Shown piece by piece: positions 1 through 12,640 of a stretch of 64,000 nt of DNA. The notes under the pieces are model-generated. The model searched no databases. It worked only from the letters and a program-made list of their open reading frames with translations, and was not told where the DNA came from. Source of the stretch: Euprymna scolopes (taxonomy: Eukaryota); NCBI GenBank assembly GCA_053919585.1, contig CM132792.1. One strand, given 5' to 3'. Position 1 is the first letter of the stretch; each line of letters starts with the position of its first letter. The translations under genes and the position numbers were made by a program.

Positions 1-213
1 TATTCACAGGAAAGTTTCTGGAGTAAAAAAAAAAACTGCAGGACAAATCCATTTCATGTATTTAAAGAACTTGCGGAAACAAATCCATTTCCATAATGAA
101 ACTTTTTTGTCTGTTTTATTTTTCCTTCTATACAGATTCGTATATATTGTAGAATGCCCCATCCCCAGCAAAACAAAATAAGAAAATTGAAATAAGACTA
201 TAAATAAACTTAC

Positions 214-271
214 CAAGGGCACTATCATAGTTCATATTATTGCTGATCAAAGCTGTCTGGGCATCATCTCT
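214..271 (-). CDS. TNRC6: GW182/TNRC6 exon (58 nt): RDDAQTALISNNMNYDSAL, UBA-like domain helices 2-3
   Basis: gcctttttcag|AGA ... TTG|gtaagt, phase 0 in and phase 1 out. Completes MGFxxxxAxxALxxNNMNxxxAL. The gene continues beyond the window start. Confidence 0.9.
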
Positions 272-824
272 CTGAAAAAGGCAATGAAATCAAAACGTAT
301 TAGAAAACAATAAAAAAAAAAATAAATTTCAAGTCAGTTTAACATAATCTATATGGGCTAAGTATGTACGTAAGTTATCACCTTTCATATGCATTAAAAA
401 AAAAAAAATGAATTTGTCTGATCAACAAAATAGTGATTTGTGATTAATCTGATACTGTTAAGATAAATTCAGACTTTACCTATTTTAAAATGAACTGTTT
501 CAAATCAAATTATATTGATTGCTTAAAGCAATACAATTTTAAATACATATATTTTAAAAAAGTGACATTTGTTCTATGAGAATATATAGTTTACAATTAT
601 CTTATTTTAAGACAATATTTGTTTTAAAAAGAATAAAATTGCTACAATTTTCTATAAAGATAGCAGAAAAAGACCAGCAACCTTTCTCTTCTATGAGAAA
701 GAGACATGCCTCCCCAAGATTTACAAATCAGTTTTGTATTGCGTCAATGCAAGAAAGGGTGATCTAAGCAGCACCTTCTTACACCTGGCAACAGTAATCA
801 ATCTTAAATGCTAAAACTGTTTAC

Positions 825-911
825 CTTGAATCCCATGTCAGTAAGCTGTTGCAGTAGTTTTACTCTCATTTGAGGAGCCTGATTAGCACCACCAGGAAAC
901 TTGTTAGCACC
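825..911 (-). CDS. TNRC6: GW182/TNRC6 exon (87 nt): GANKFPGGANQAPQMRVKLLQQLTDMGFK, start of UBA-like domain
   Basis: ctatttgacag|GGT ... AAG|gtaaac, phase 0/0. LxxMGF is the UBA helix-1/loop signature, and a UBA-like domain follows the GW region in GW182 proteins. Confidence 0.9.
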
Positions 912-1609
912 CTGTCAAATAGAATAAATCAATTCAGTTAGCATGAACACAGATTTACATAAAAATCAGATTTTTATTAAAATCGCCAACAATCTCCTCT
1001 ATGATCATTACAATATACTTCAAGACCTATTATTCACACCATGAACAAAAAATGTGTTTCACTGTCAATTTTAATTGAACTAGAGGAGGGATGCATTCTC
1101 AATCAGGATCCCTGGACTCTGGTATTTCTGGAAGTTTATTGATTTCGAAATGTAGTATAAATGCAATAATAATGCAACAATTCAAGGTGAATTCAGATAG
1201 GCGCAAAGCTAATGTTTTGTCTTCTGCATAAATTTCTACCATCCTTTCTCTAGAAGCATACAGGTTTTATTTTGGGGCTAATAAAATAGTCAAACTTTTT
1301 GTATTATTTGAATACTACAAACTGCTGTTCTCATCTTGGTTGTTATTTTCACAAATGTCAAATGCAAAAATCTGCACAGAATTTCGAACAGAATCCTTTA
1401 TGTCATCCACAGGGTAGAAGTCTTGCAATCATATTTTAACAAGTACTCTATCCACTATGCCATGGGTCCTTGCAGACAATTCTAGTATGAATTTTAGGAA
1501 CCATAAACCTATTTTGTTTTTAGATGTACAATCTTATTACTTACTATATATAACTATTATTACATATATATTTTTATTTAATACTATTTTTACTATATAT
1601 ATTATTTAT

Positions 1610-2260
1610 GACTAATGTTTCCCATATCATGTTAAATTCTATACTAGGTCGGTTAAATAGTTGATCGCCGCCCAGCATATGGACTACTTTGAATTGTCTT
1701 ACTCTCCACTGTTCATCTGTCTATAATTTTTACTTTGTCTTATAAGGGTAGATGGTTTCCATTCCTCTCCAAAAATGGTCAGCCATATCCAACTTTTCAA
1801 TCTCTCCACGTATTACGGCTTTTCGATGTTCTTCTAACCTTACTTTTAGTGGATGACATGTCTCACCTTTGTATAGTTTTCCACATTTACACAGAATCTT
1901 ATACACAGTTTTTAGTCCTGATATTTTCCATAAGGCACTTAATTCACACAAGATGTTCCAGAAAGTTGAATTGTTTCTGAATACTGTCCTGATGTCATAT
2001 GGATTATACATTCTTGAAATGTTTTTGGACAAGCCATTCACATATGGTATACAAACTGTGGTTTTCAGGTTGTCTCCTTTGATGCTTAGTCCAGATTTCC
2101 TAGAGCTGATGTTATGCTCTTTGGCTGTTTTGGTAGAAGATTTCTCTTAAACTGTCGGTCTCATTTTGACATGTATTGCTGTTATGCACATTGCTTTTTG
2201 CTTGATGTTGTAGACAACAGATGATTCTTTTCTTTACATTATTTGGATGGTGGGAGTTGA
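1610..2260 (-). mobile_element. Penelope-like retroelement 3' ORF relic (GIY-YIG endonuclease)
   Basis: VYKILCKCGKLYKGETCHPLKVRLEEHRK...MADH matches the Penelope pattern VYxIxCxCGxxYIGETxRxLxxRxxEH. It is frameshifted, and terminal-repeat-like fragments lie at about 1300-1440 and 2280-2340. Confidence 0.85.
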
Positions 2261-2439
2261 AGTTTAGATACTGTCCTGTGAAAATAACACTAAATATTAT
2301 AAATAATCACTCCTCATCTGAAAAATTCAGAAATGTAAATCAGACTTTTGTCTGAAGCTTCTGGATAAGGAGTTATTATCTACATCTACTAGTGGAAGTA
2401 AGCACTATTGCCAGGTATTGCAAAGCTTTTTTGTATGGC

Positions 2440-3255
2440 ATTTCAAATAAAAAAATTTTTTTTTTTTTTTTTTTAAATTACAATAAAACAATTTCGCAAA
2501 ACCCTTTTCTATAGCATTTTAAAAAACAAATATATACTTTTTTAATTTTTAAATCACAATAAAACAATTTTGCAAAACTATTTTCTATGGCATTTCAAAA
2601 AACAAATATATATATATACACACTTTTTTTTTTTTAATTTTTAAATCACAATAAAACAATTTTGCAAAACTTTTTTCTATAGCATTTAAAAACAAAATAT
2701 ATATATATACAGTTTTTTTTCTTTTTTAAATCACAATAAAACAATTTTGCAAAACTTTTTTCTATAGCATTTAAAAACAATATATATATATATATATATA
2801 CAGTTTTTTTTCTTTTTTAAATCACAATAAAACAATTTTGCAAAAATTTTTTCTATAGCATTTAAAAACAATATATATATATAGTTTTTTTTTCTTTTTT
2901 AATTTTTAAATCACAATAAAACAATTTTGCAAAATTTTTTCTATAGCATTTAAAAACAATATATATATATATATATAGTTTTTTTTTCTTTTTTAATTTT
3001 TAAATCACAATAAAACAATTTTGCAAAATTTTTTCTATAGCATTTAAAAACAATATATATATATATATATATATATTTTTTTTAAATGACAATAAAACAA
3101 TTTCGCAAAATCTTTTTCTATAGCATTTCAAAAAAAAGAAAAATTTTTTTTAAATTTTTAAATCACAATAAAACAATTCTGCAAAACTTTTTTCTATGGC
3201 ATTTCCAAAAAATATTGTTTTTTAAATCTTTAAATCACAATAAAACAATTTTTTA
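2440..3255. repeat. Minisatellite, about 9-10 units of about 72-94 bp with variable (TA)n/polyT spacer
   Basis: The core aaatcacaataaaacaattttgcaaaa...ttttctatagcattt is repeated. Confidence 0.95.
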
Positions 3256-3861
3256 AATGAAGATAAACATGTGCATTATTCAGGTTTATGATGATCGACT
3301 AAGAAATAACTGGAATGTTTAAAGCAAAAACAAAAAGAAAAACAATGTCTAGCAAGATTTGAACTCTGAAAGATGGCAGTATATACAATGGATACTGGAA
3401 CCGAAGGCAAACTCTTTATCTACATGCAGCCAGCGACCAAACGAAAATATTTTGTAATCTACTTAAATTTTTAAAGAGTTCAGTATAAAGATATAAACTC
3501 TCCATAGATCTGTAATGGTTCGATTGTCTAAAATAAAGAAAAATCTCATTTTTAATTAAAAAACAAAAAGGATGTTAAATACATATGACTAAAAACACAA
3601 TTTTGATTTATGTTTATTTTTTTTTTTTATTGTTAGTGAAAAGGTTCAGGGAGAATGCTAAAGAAATCATGGTATACAGTAAGAATGGACTTTAGAGGAA
3701 GAAGGATAACCAAAAACATGTCAGTATGTACAATAGATGTTAAACCAAATAGGATGATGACACAGATTAAAGCTGTTGGCTGCTATATTTAGACTGGCCT
3801 TTATCATTATAACTGAAGTTAAGGAAATATAAAAATTAGTAATGTCATAACTATGCGTTAC

Positions 3862-4026
3862 CTTATAACTTCTTTTCGGCTTCCATCCTGAGGCGCTGCT
3901 CCAAGAGCTGTTATCCTGAGATCCTTCATTCCAAGTACCCATGTCAGCATCATGCCAGAGTGAATCCCCTCCAGTATTTCCTCCTCCACTGCTGTCATCA
4001 TTCCAACCTTGCTGCAGAGAACCAGT
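3862..4026 (-). CDS. TNRC6: GW182/TNRC6 exon (165 nt): TGSLQQGWNDDSSGGGNTGGDSLWHDADMGTWNEGSQDNSSWSSASGWKPKRSYK
   Basis: ttttttcttag|ACT ... AAG|gtaacg, phase 0/0, Trp/Gly/Ser-rich, overlaps ORF 3721..3942. Confidence 0.9.
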
Positions 4027-6697
4027 CTAAGAAAAAAGATATTATAAATATTGTCAACTGATTATGGATTTTTACAGATCAATAATAAAGTTTTTATTAA
4101 AGTTGATACAACTAAAAAATTCTGAAAATATGTAAGGAAAGATTGCTTCTAATTTAAATTACAAAAGTAAACTTGATTAAGTTTTCTGTTCATTGTTGGA
4201 AGATAAACACGTCTTTTTTATTATCATTGTCTTCATTGACAATTTTGCAGTATTGGTAAAAGTTGAGACAATATATATATATATATATATATATTTTGAT
4301 TAAATAAATTCAAATGTATGGAACTAAAAATTCAATAGCTTTTCCAAAGTGGATAATATATATGTTGAACTTTTATAAACAAAATTATATCTTATATATA
4401 ATATCATTACACACACACACACACACACACACACAATAACTTTTACCAAATGCATTAAAATCTAATTTTCTACTATCCAGTATACATTCAATTTACTGAA
4501 ACTATTTTGAAATGATCTATTTTAAAATTAAATTTTGTTGAAAGCTCATTTTTCACATGAGAATTAAAATAGCTGCTTGGCTTTCAGTTGTTGGCAATAG
4601 TTTATTCCTTAAAAGATATAGGAAATATTTTTTTTTTTAAATAACTTACCTTACCATTAACCCTAAGTCTAAGTGCAAAGTCCCCACTCTCAAGCTTAAG
4701 GGAGTGGCAGCGACAGTATTTTTTTTTTTACATCTGAAATTAATGTCTTCTAGATAAAACATTTTTTTTGTTTCAATAAGAAAAACTAAACAAATTCAGA
4801 GATAATAAATCTTACAATCAGTTTCTACACTTGGTATACAGGTCGGTAGAAAATTTGATTTTATAACATTTGATGATAGTTATTAGTTTCTTTTTCTCAT
4901 CTCACCTAATGTGATTTCTTATATATTCATGATCATAGAATTGATAATATTAACTTTTAATATATCACATAGACCAATAGCTTATCTAAATCTCGAACTT
5001 CTTTGCAACAATATCTGAATATTTTTAATGCAAGATTAAAATAAAAATTGCATTAAAAACAAAAATAAATATTACTCTGTTATAAAAATTAAACATTTCT
5101 GTGTTTGCAAAAGGTGACAATCTACTGATGTCCAACATTTCTAAAAATGAAATTTAATTGATTTAAAATTTTAAAATCAGTTTTGTAAAAGTTTTAAATT
5201 GCTGAAAATAATGCAATAGATAAATGAAAATAAAAAATATAAAAATATTAATCTTCTTGCAGGAAATAAGAAATATTACAAAACATCTATAAAGTTATTT
5301 ACATTCTGTCAATTTTGAATTAATCTTAAAATAAGTCAAAAAATGAATTCAAACATTTTTTTATGAAACATTTTAAATTATTGTCTAATTATTTTTCTAT
5401 TTTAGTTTATAATTCTTTAATTTAATAATAGTTCTGTAAAATATGTTTTTTATACATTTATTTAACAAGATAAATTATTATTAATAGGTTTTAAACTAAA
5501 AATATGATTTCAAATCTTTATAAAAGAAAATAGAAAGTAAATTTTAGAATTTAAAAAAAAACATAAGTCAATCATGAGATTGCACTACATGATTATATAA
5601 GATATTTTTGAAGTTATGCAAAATAAACATTGATGACTTAAAAACTATTTCGTCAGGTTTAAAATGTTGCATAATTCTTATTGTTATCAAAAAGTATCAG
5701 ATCCATACATCAAAGTTTGAAAAATTTGAAGTTGAAATTTCTTCAAAATTTTAACTGTGCCCAATGTTTCATCATCAGAGATCAAGGTCAAAGTTATACA
5801 AGATGCAAGACTTTGTTGTATACGATACAGGTAAAATGAATTTCTACAATGAACAAAACAAAAATTATCACTGAAAGTGTGACTTTTTCTGTGAGCTTAA
5901 TCTTGACATAAATATCCTAAAATTAAATCATGGCGGATATTTTGACCAAATTTGCTGACAATTAATCAAGCGATTTGGCCACCTATACACAAGCAAATAT
6001 AGTAATATACCTAACATAATCTCAGCCTTCTTGAAGGTAAAAAGTCATTGTATAAATTTTTATAAAAGACTCTTAATTTTTAAATAAAATTATAGATTTA
6101 TTTTAAAGATATTTTAAAATGCAAACCTGTTTATTAACATCATGGTGTTGTCCTTCAAATTCATAGAAAAATGAATGTAAATAGTAAATTTTTAATTTTG
6201 TAAATATTTTAGAAATAATTTGTGCATTAGAATTTTCATTATGAATGAGAAAATATATTGATTTTAAATAATTCAATAATTGATTTAAGTGGACAAATGG
6301 ATAAATAGATTTACTATGATTATTATAATATATCCCATTGCAATTATCTGTCTTGCTTTATGTCTTATAAGATTTGTTATTTTTTTCTGATTTAAATTAT
6401 TTTTTGGGAATTTAATGGGGAAAAGTGTCTTCACTTATTACTATTTTTTTTTCAAAAACGATCTTAATATTTTTTGTATAATATAAAAAGTCAGTGAACA
6501 TATATAGATAACTTAATTGTATATATGTAGATTAAAAACATAACTTACAATTATAATTAAAAAAATCCACAATGCATGTTTTAATATGTAATTGCAATAT
6601 TTGAAGGATGGGGGTAATATCCCCCTGATCTTAATCCATGATTTTCATAAATTTCTCATTAATGTAATCGTAGGTAATTGATTTACTTTTTTATTTA

Positions 6698-6748
<51 letters not shown>

Positions 6749-7625
6749 GTCGTCGAATTATGAATTTTTTATTTTTATTTCAATGTTTAACTTGAATTAA
6801 ATATTCAATATTGATACAAAACAAATGCTAAAATATGCTTCTGTACAATGTAAAAATTATTTATCAATAAAAATAAAATGTGATTAAACAGTATTCTATA
6901 TTGTAAGCAAAAACTAAAAAAATGTAGAAACTTTACATAAATTTTTTTCAAAATGTAACCCCTGAAAGCATAGTTAAATTTGACATCAGTTTTTAGGCAA
7001 TACGAAAAATATAATTTACAATAATGAACATGTAAAACAATTTAACATAAAATAAAATGATTCAGTTAAATGTAATTCTTCATTTAAGAATAAATTACAA
7101 AAAGAATAAACAAAACTTTGAATGATAAATTGATTAGAATTTGAAAAATAAAATTCAAAGTATGAAATCTGACTAAGAATCGAAAGAAAAAGTTAATTTT
7201 CACAATGATATTTTGCCTGTCAAATGGCCAACTTGTTAGTTAGCATGATGCTTAAATTTTACAGGGGAAAACGGAAACAAAGTTAGCAATGTCAAATTTA
7301 GTGGAGGATCATACAAGTTGAAAGATATTAGGTCAGATTTCAGACTTGTCATGGAAAAAGAAACAAGAAAATAGTTAGCATAGATAGAAATAACAAAAGT
7401 CATTTATAAACAACATGCATAACAGAAAAACTCAAAAAATCTCAAATACTCATTCAGAATATAAACAATAATCAGCCATTTTGAATGTGATCACCCAGGG
7501 ATTCATTTAAGATGAAAGATGAAGGGTTTCCCCAAATAAAGTCACCACATCAATTTCAAAGGCTATAATCTGAAAGATTGACTATTTGGGAGAGTATAAC
7601 TAAAAAATTACTTCCCATATCGAAA

Positions 7626-7656
<31 letters not shown>

Positions 7657-7702
7657 GTAAGCATAAAATTGCTTGGTTTCTAAAAACGGTCATCTAACTC
7701 AC

Positions 7703-7825
7703 CTTTCTCTGAGGATTCCAAGTACTTATGTCATTATCATTCCAGTTAGGTGGTGGTCTATGTTTGGGAGCCATACTTGCTCCCCCCCACTGGGTGCCAC
7801 TGGTATCCCAACCATTAGATCTTGC
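7703..7825 (-). CDS. TNRC6: GW182/TNRC6 exon (123 nt): ARSNGWDTSGTQWGGASMAPKHRPPPNWNDNDISTWNPQRK
   Basis: gactttttag|GCA ... AAG|gtgagt, phase 0/0, open frame, GW/WG motifs. Absent from the ORF track in this frame. Confidence 0.9.
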
Positions 7826-9359
7826 CTAAAAAGTCGACAAAAAATAGGCTGCAATCATTATCACATTTTAGATTTTTGGGACCCCTATTTTTAAGTAATT
7901 ACTGATTGTATTCCTGGCAAATAGGATTTTTGATGAAAAGAAAAAAAAAAATGTTTTTTTTATCATAAATAATGGTTGGGTATTTTATGTTTCACTAAAA
8001 CCAAAAACATGAGAAAAAGTTCTCATCCAAATAAGATGAGTTGCATTAGATTAGAATATTTTGTTCATTCTCATATATCCATATTTACTTACCTCCCCAC
8101 AAGGGGAAAGTAAGACACAAGGTCATTTTTTTAATATGGGGATAATCCAACTCCCCCAAAAAAGGGCACTTTGGATTGGGACAACAATAAAAAATGTCTC
8201 AGTTTAGTAGGATTTCTTCATTACTGACTGAAGAAAACAGATACTACACTTTGATCCAAACTGGAAGACCGAGAAGTGTATCATGTTGTTGAAAAGACTG
8301 CTGAAGGGAGCAAAAAAGCTAACAGCAATCCAATTCAAAATGACTGAAACCCAAACTGTGGTCATTCACGCACTTTCATCTGTCCGTTTTCGGCCATTTT
8401 CATTTCACTTTAAACACAAACATGTTATTTTTTTCATTAACAAAAAAAAAAACCCTGTAGCAGCTGTAGAGTCAAAATTCTGTAACCGAAATCTAAGGAT
8501 ATACTTTTAGTATATATAGCCATTTTTTTTTTTTTTTAATATTGCTTTTAGAGATGCTTTTTAAATAGACAATTTATTATCTAGTTATCATACTTAAAGT
8601 TTCGAGTCATGCATGCCAATTCTTGTTATAATTTTGTTAACAAATGAATTGTAGATCAAACTCATAAAATTTAACTTTTCTAAATTATAATAGTCAATTA
8701 AGATCCAACAGTTTTTAATTTGGTTTCTTTAATAAATATTTAATTTTCATTCATGAAAATATTTTTTAACGTTTTTTTCTTTTTTTTAATTAATTCAAAT
8801 ACTAATTTTTTTTTGCTGTTTATCCAAATAAATTTTATCCAAATTTTAAAAATTTATTCCAAAAACAATTTGAAATTAAAATAGTTAACAGAGTAATGAC
8901 TGATTTTTTTTCTCCATGAAAAAAAGCACACAAAAATGTGATCATCATCTAAAATAAAAACAAGATTAAAATTAAAATCAAAGGCACCAAATTTACTGAA
9001 TGCAAAAAAAAGAAAACAGACATTTAAAAAAGGAGACATCATCATACGAACATCTATTCTACTCAGAATTTACAATTTATGTAAAGATTCAATGATGTAT
9101 TTATAGATACTTTAGGAATAGTTCTATTCAACTTTAATCACCTTGAATTTAATAACAGACAGCATTCATGATGGATTCAATGTCAGATGTATAGATTACA
9201 TTATAAAGTTAATTTTTTTAATTAAATGTTCAATCACCAGTTTTACTAAACCTAATACAAATAATTTTTATTTAATTATAATACATTAGTGTCCATTGGG
9301 ATATATGGGTTTCATCAATGTCGTAATTCTGGATTTAGGATAAAACTTGACAGGTCATT

Positions 9360-9392
<33 letters not shown>

Positions 9393-9893
9393 CCACCCAG
9401 TATCAAAGGTGCTGAAATCCGGTTAGCTTAACCCTGATTTCAGAACCTTTGACATTAAGGGACACTGAATAATTTTTCTGCAATGACCTGCTGAATTGTA
9501 TCCTAAGTTTAAGGTGACCAGATTGATAAAACCCGGATTTCCTTAACAGATACCAATGTATAGTATTTAAATAAAATTATACATAGATTCAGACATTTTT
9601 AATTAAGTTGTTAGAGTAAAGCAGGTTTTTAAATTTTAAAATATAAATTTTCACAAGCTTAAAAAATATTTGAAAACAAAGTTGATGAAAACATGACAAT
9701 GCACTTAAATTATTCAGTTAAAGCAATCTAATTAGAAATGAAGGAGTGAAAACACATTTCAGAAAAATCTTTAAAACTTATTGTTTCAAAACATGTTAAT
9801 TTCAATAAAACAGTAATTAGAAATGTTAATGCAAGTTTCAAACAAAATAGAATTTCTTCAGACTAATAATTGCAATCATTAATGTTTTTTATC

Positions 9894-9943
<50 letters not shown>

Positions 9944-11519
9944 CAACCACAATTCATTAACAACCAAAGATGACCCTCTCAGAAAACTAATAAAATTCAT
10001 AAGTCTTGCTTTATATATGCTTTTTTATAAGGTAAAATCAGTATGATTAATAGTTATTTGAAATTCAAAATTTCATTCAAGTTTTTGCATTTTGATATTG
10101 TAACCAGCTTTAAATATTCATAGTTCTAAGGATCTAACCTTGAAGACGCGAGTAGCTAATGGCAAAAAAAAAAAAAAAATGTAAAATACTACATCCAATT
10201 ATCAATGGAACACAACAACAGACTGAGTTGTTGAAACTCTTTAACTATCAATATCAGATCAGAATTGATCAGTAAAACAGAATTATTCTGCAAAATCTCA
10301 GATTTCTCAGAAAACGTGAAACACCTGTAATTTGAATTCCCATTCTCAGTGCTTTACTCAAATCCTCTAAAATAACTCCTTGGGATTCCCACATACCTGA
10401 TAAACTACTGCCGTAAACCAGAGGACGCCTAATGATATCGCTCAGCACCACTAAACCAATATCAGAAAAATCCAGGTTACTTCCTCAGAATCAATCAGAC
10501 CAGAAGGAACTTATTCTTTCCTAGAGATCATTATGCTAGCATTTTTTTCAGAGAGAAGGGATAAAATCAAATTAACACTTACCAATATGAAATGCTCCAA
10601 ATATTTAATATGCAAATATTGCTTAATTCAAACTAGAAATTTCCTAATAGATTAGCCACTCATGAACTAGCAACCAATCAGAATTTAGAGAATAAACTTG
10701 GCATCTGAGTATAATGGCTCTTTAATGTTCTTTTCAGTTTGTAACTCAACTTGTCATACAGCTGAGCACCGACTTCTAAGTTCAATACTTTTAAAATCTT
10801 TGATAACTTTATGAAAACATTATGTCAGCTAGAAAGTTAACGAAAGATGAATGTTTGGGGATGTCAGTAAAACATGACATCATAAATGCACCTACACTAG
10901 TTTCAATGATGAGTTTATCTCAGGGTGATAACTAGCATTTACTAAGGAAAGAAGGTTATTTTGTTGTAGATAATTTAGGACATGAAATGAAACAAAGTCT
11001 AAACACAAAGCAATTTCTTTTTTTTTTTTTAGAAATCTAATCTCTACTGACAAATTCATTTTGTCAGAAAACTATATAATAGAGTAATTTTTTTTTTTTT
11101 TTTTTTTGGTGGCTGAAGAAAAAAAGATTTTTATATAAATTATAAAATGAAAAAATGACTTACAAAGCCACTTGTTAATCTTTTGAACTGCCAATGATAA
11201 AGATGTTATTTTTTGATTAGCCAATTCTTAATTTAAGCAGTTCAAATGGATTTCATTTTCTGAAGGGTCACATGTAGCTGTTGATTTAAATGTATAGCAA
11301 TACACAAACAGATTCAAAAGTATTGAAGAAAAAAATCAAACGACTTGTCACATTTGGAAATCTGTCCTACACTAAGTAATAAATACAATTAAATTACATG
11401 AAGTGCATGAAAAATCGAAATTCTGGCTGCTGGATGTGTATGTGTGGAAGTTAGTTAACTGCTATACAAGTACATATTTTCTTTCTATAGTTGATTATTT
11501 TAAACACTTTCTTTTAAGA

Positions 11520-11990
11520 CAAAAAAGGCATATTACAACTGAAGCTTAAGAGGATACTGTGATAGGGGCTAGATTTATAAAGGAAACACTTGAGTGGGGA
11601 TTTGGGCAGTGATACATTTGTTCACATTACATTTAAATTTCTACATGTTGATACTGTCAAAGAATAGAGAGCAGGAAGAGAATTCCAAAAGCAAGCAGTC
11701 CTAGGAAAGAAACTATTAAAGTAAAAAAATCTTCTGACATCAAGACAGGATTTAGATTTAGCAACTAGATTGGTAGGTCAGGGGTATTTTCATTTAAGGA
11801 GAACAAGTGCAATAAATTTGTCTAAGTACACTCTGCAAAATAAGCACAGGGACTTTTCTGAGCTGTGCTCAAAGTTGGAAATATCAGATATCTATACAAC
11901 AGTATAGAAACAATCCATAATATGCAAAATAATGTCAGACAATGTTCGTGTAATGGATGAAAACATTTAAGATTGCTTTGACTGATGCAT
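11520..11990 (-). mobile_element. CR1/L2-like LINE 3' fragment
   Basis: Minus strand reads SFFPRTACFWNSLP at about 11715-11675. A homologous copy lies at about 27625-27980 (-). Confidence 0.7.
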
Positions 11991-12049
11991 ATAAATATAT
12001 CAATATTTATAATCAATCATACCTCCAATTTTTGTTGTTTGTCCTGCCA

Positions 12050-12640
12050 GACATGATTATCAAATGCTTATCAGCATCATCAGATTTAGTTTAACATACA
12101 TTTTAGTGATACGTGTGGGATGGATTTTAGAAATTACCTTCTAAATTAACATATCTCTGGCCAGCTCTATTATCCCTCTTTCTCTAACACATCCTTATCA
12201 CTTTCTCTCATGTTTTTCTTGGCCTTACACTGTCAACTGAACCTGATATCTCAACTGTTCTACATGTACTAAATCAGGAACATTCATCCATTCTTAAAAT
12301 TTCCTGCTCTATGTACAGCTCTCTATACTGTTCAGATTTAATCTTCCTCTCAGGTCAAAAGATCTGAGCTTGTTTTTAAGACCCACTTTACAGATCTATT
12401 GTGTCTTTTTCATATCACTTCTCCTCATGCAACACATGTCCTCAAGTCTCATTGTGCAAGTTTCATTTTCATATATCATCACTCTGTATACATATATCTG
12501 ATAGACTCTTTCCTTTTGATATATTCTCAATAACATACCATTCTCTTACTGACACCATTTAGACAATAACCTCACCCCTTGAGACAGATTTACTACCTAC
12601 TTTAAAACCTCTTGTATCTATGGTTACTCAAATTTATTCC
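12050..12640 (-). mobile_element. 5'-truncated copy of the same RTE-like LINE
   Basis: Reverse complement matches the 59650-59945 3' region (gaatggatgaatgttcctg, gagagaaagagggata, aatttctaaaa, gatgatg tail). Confidence 0.7.
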
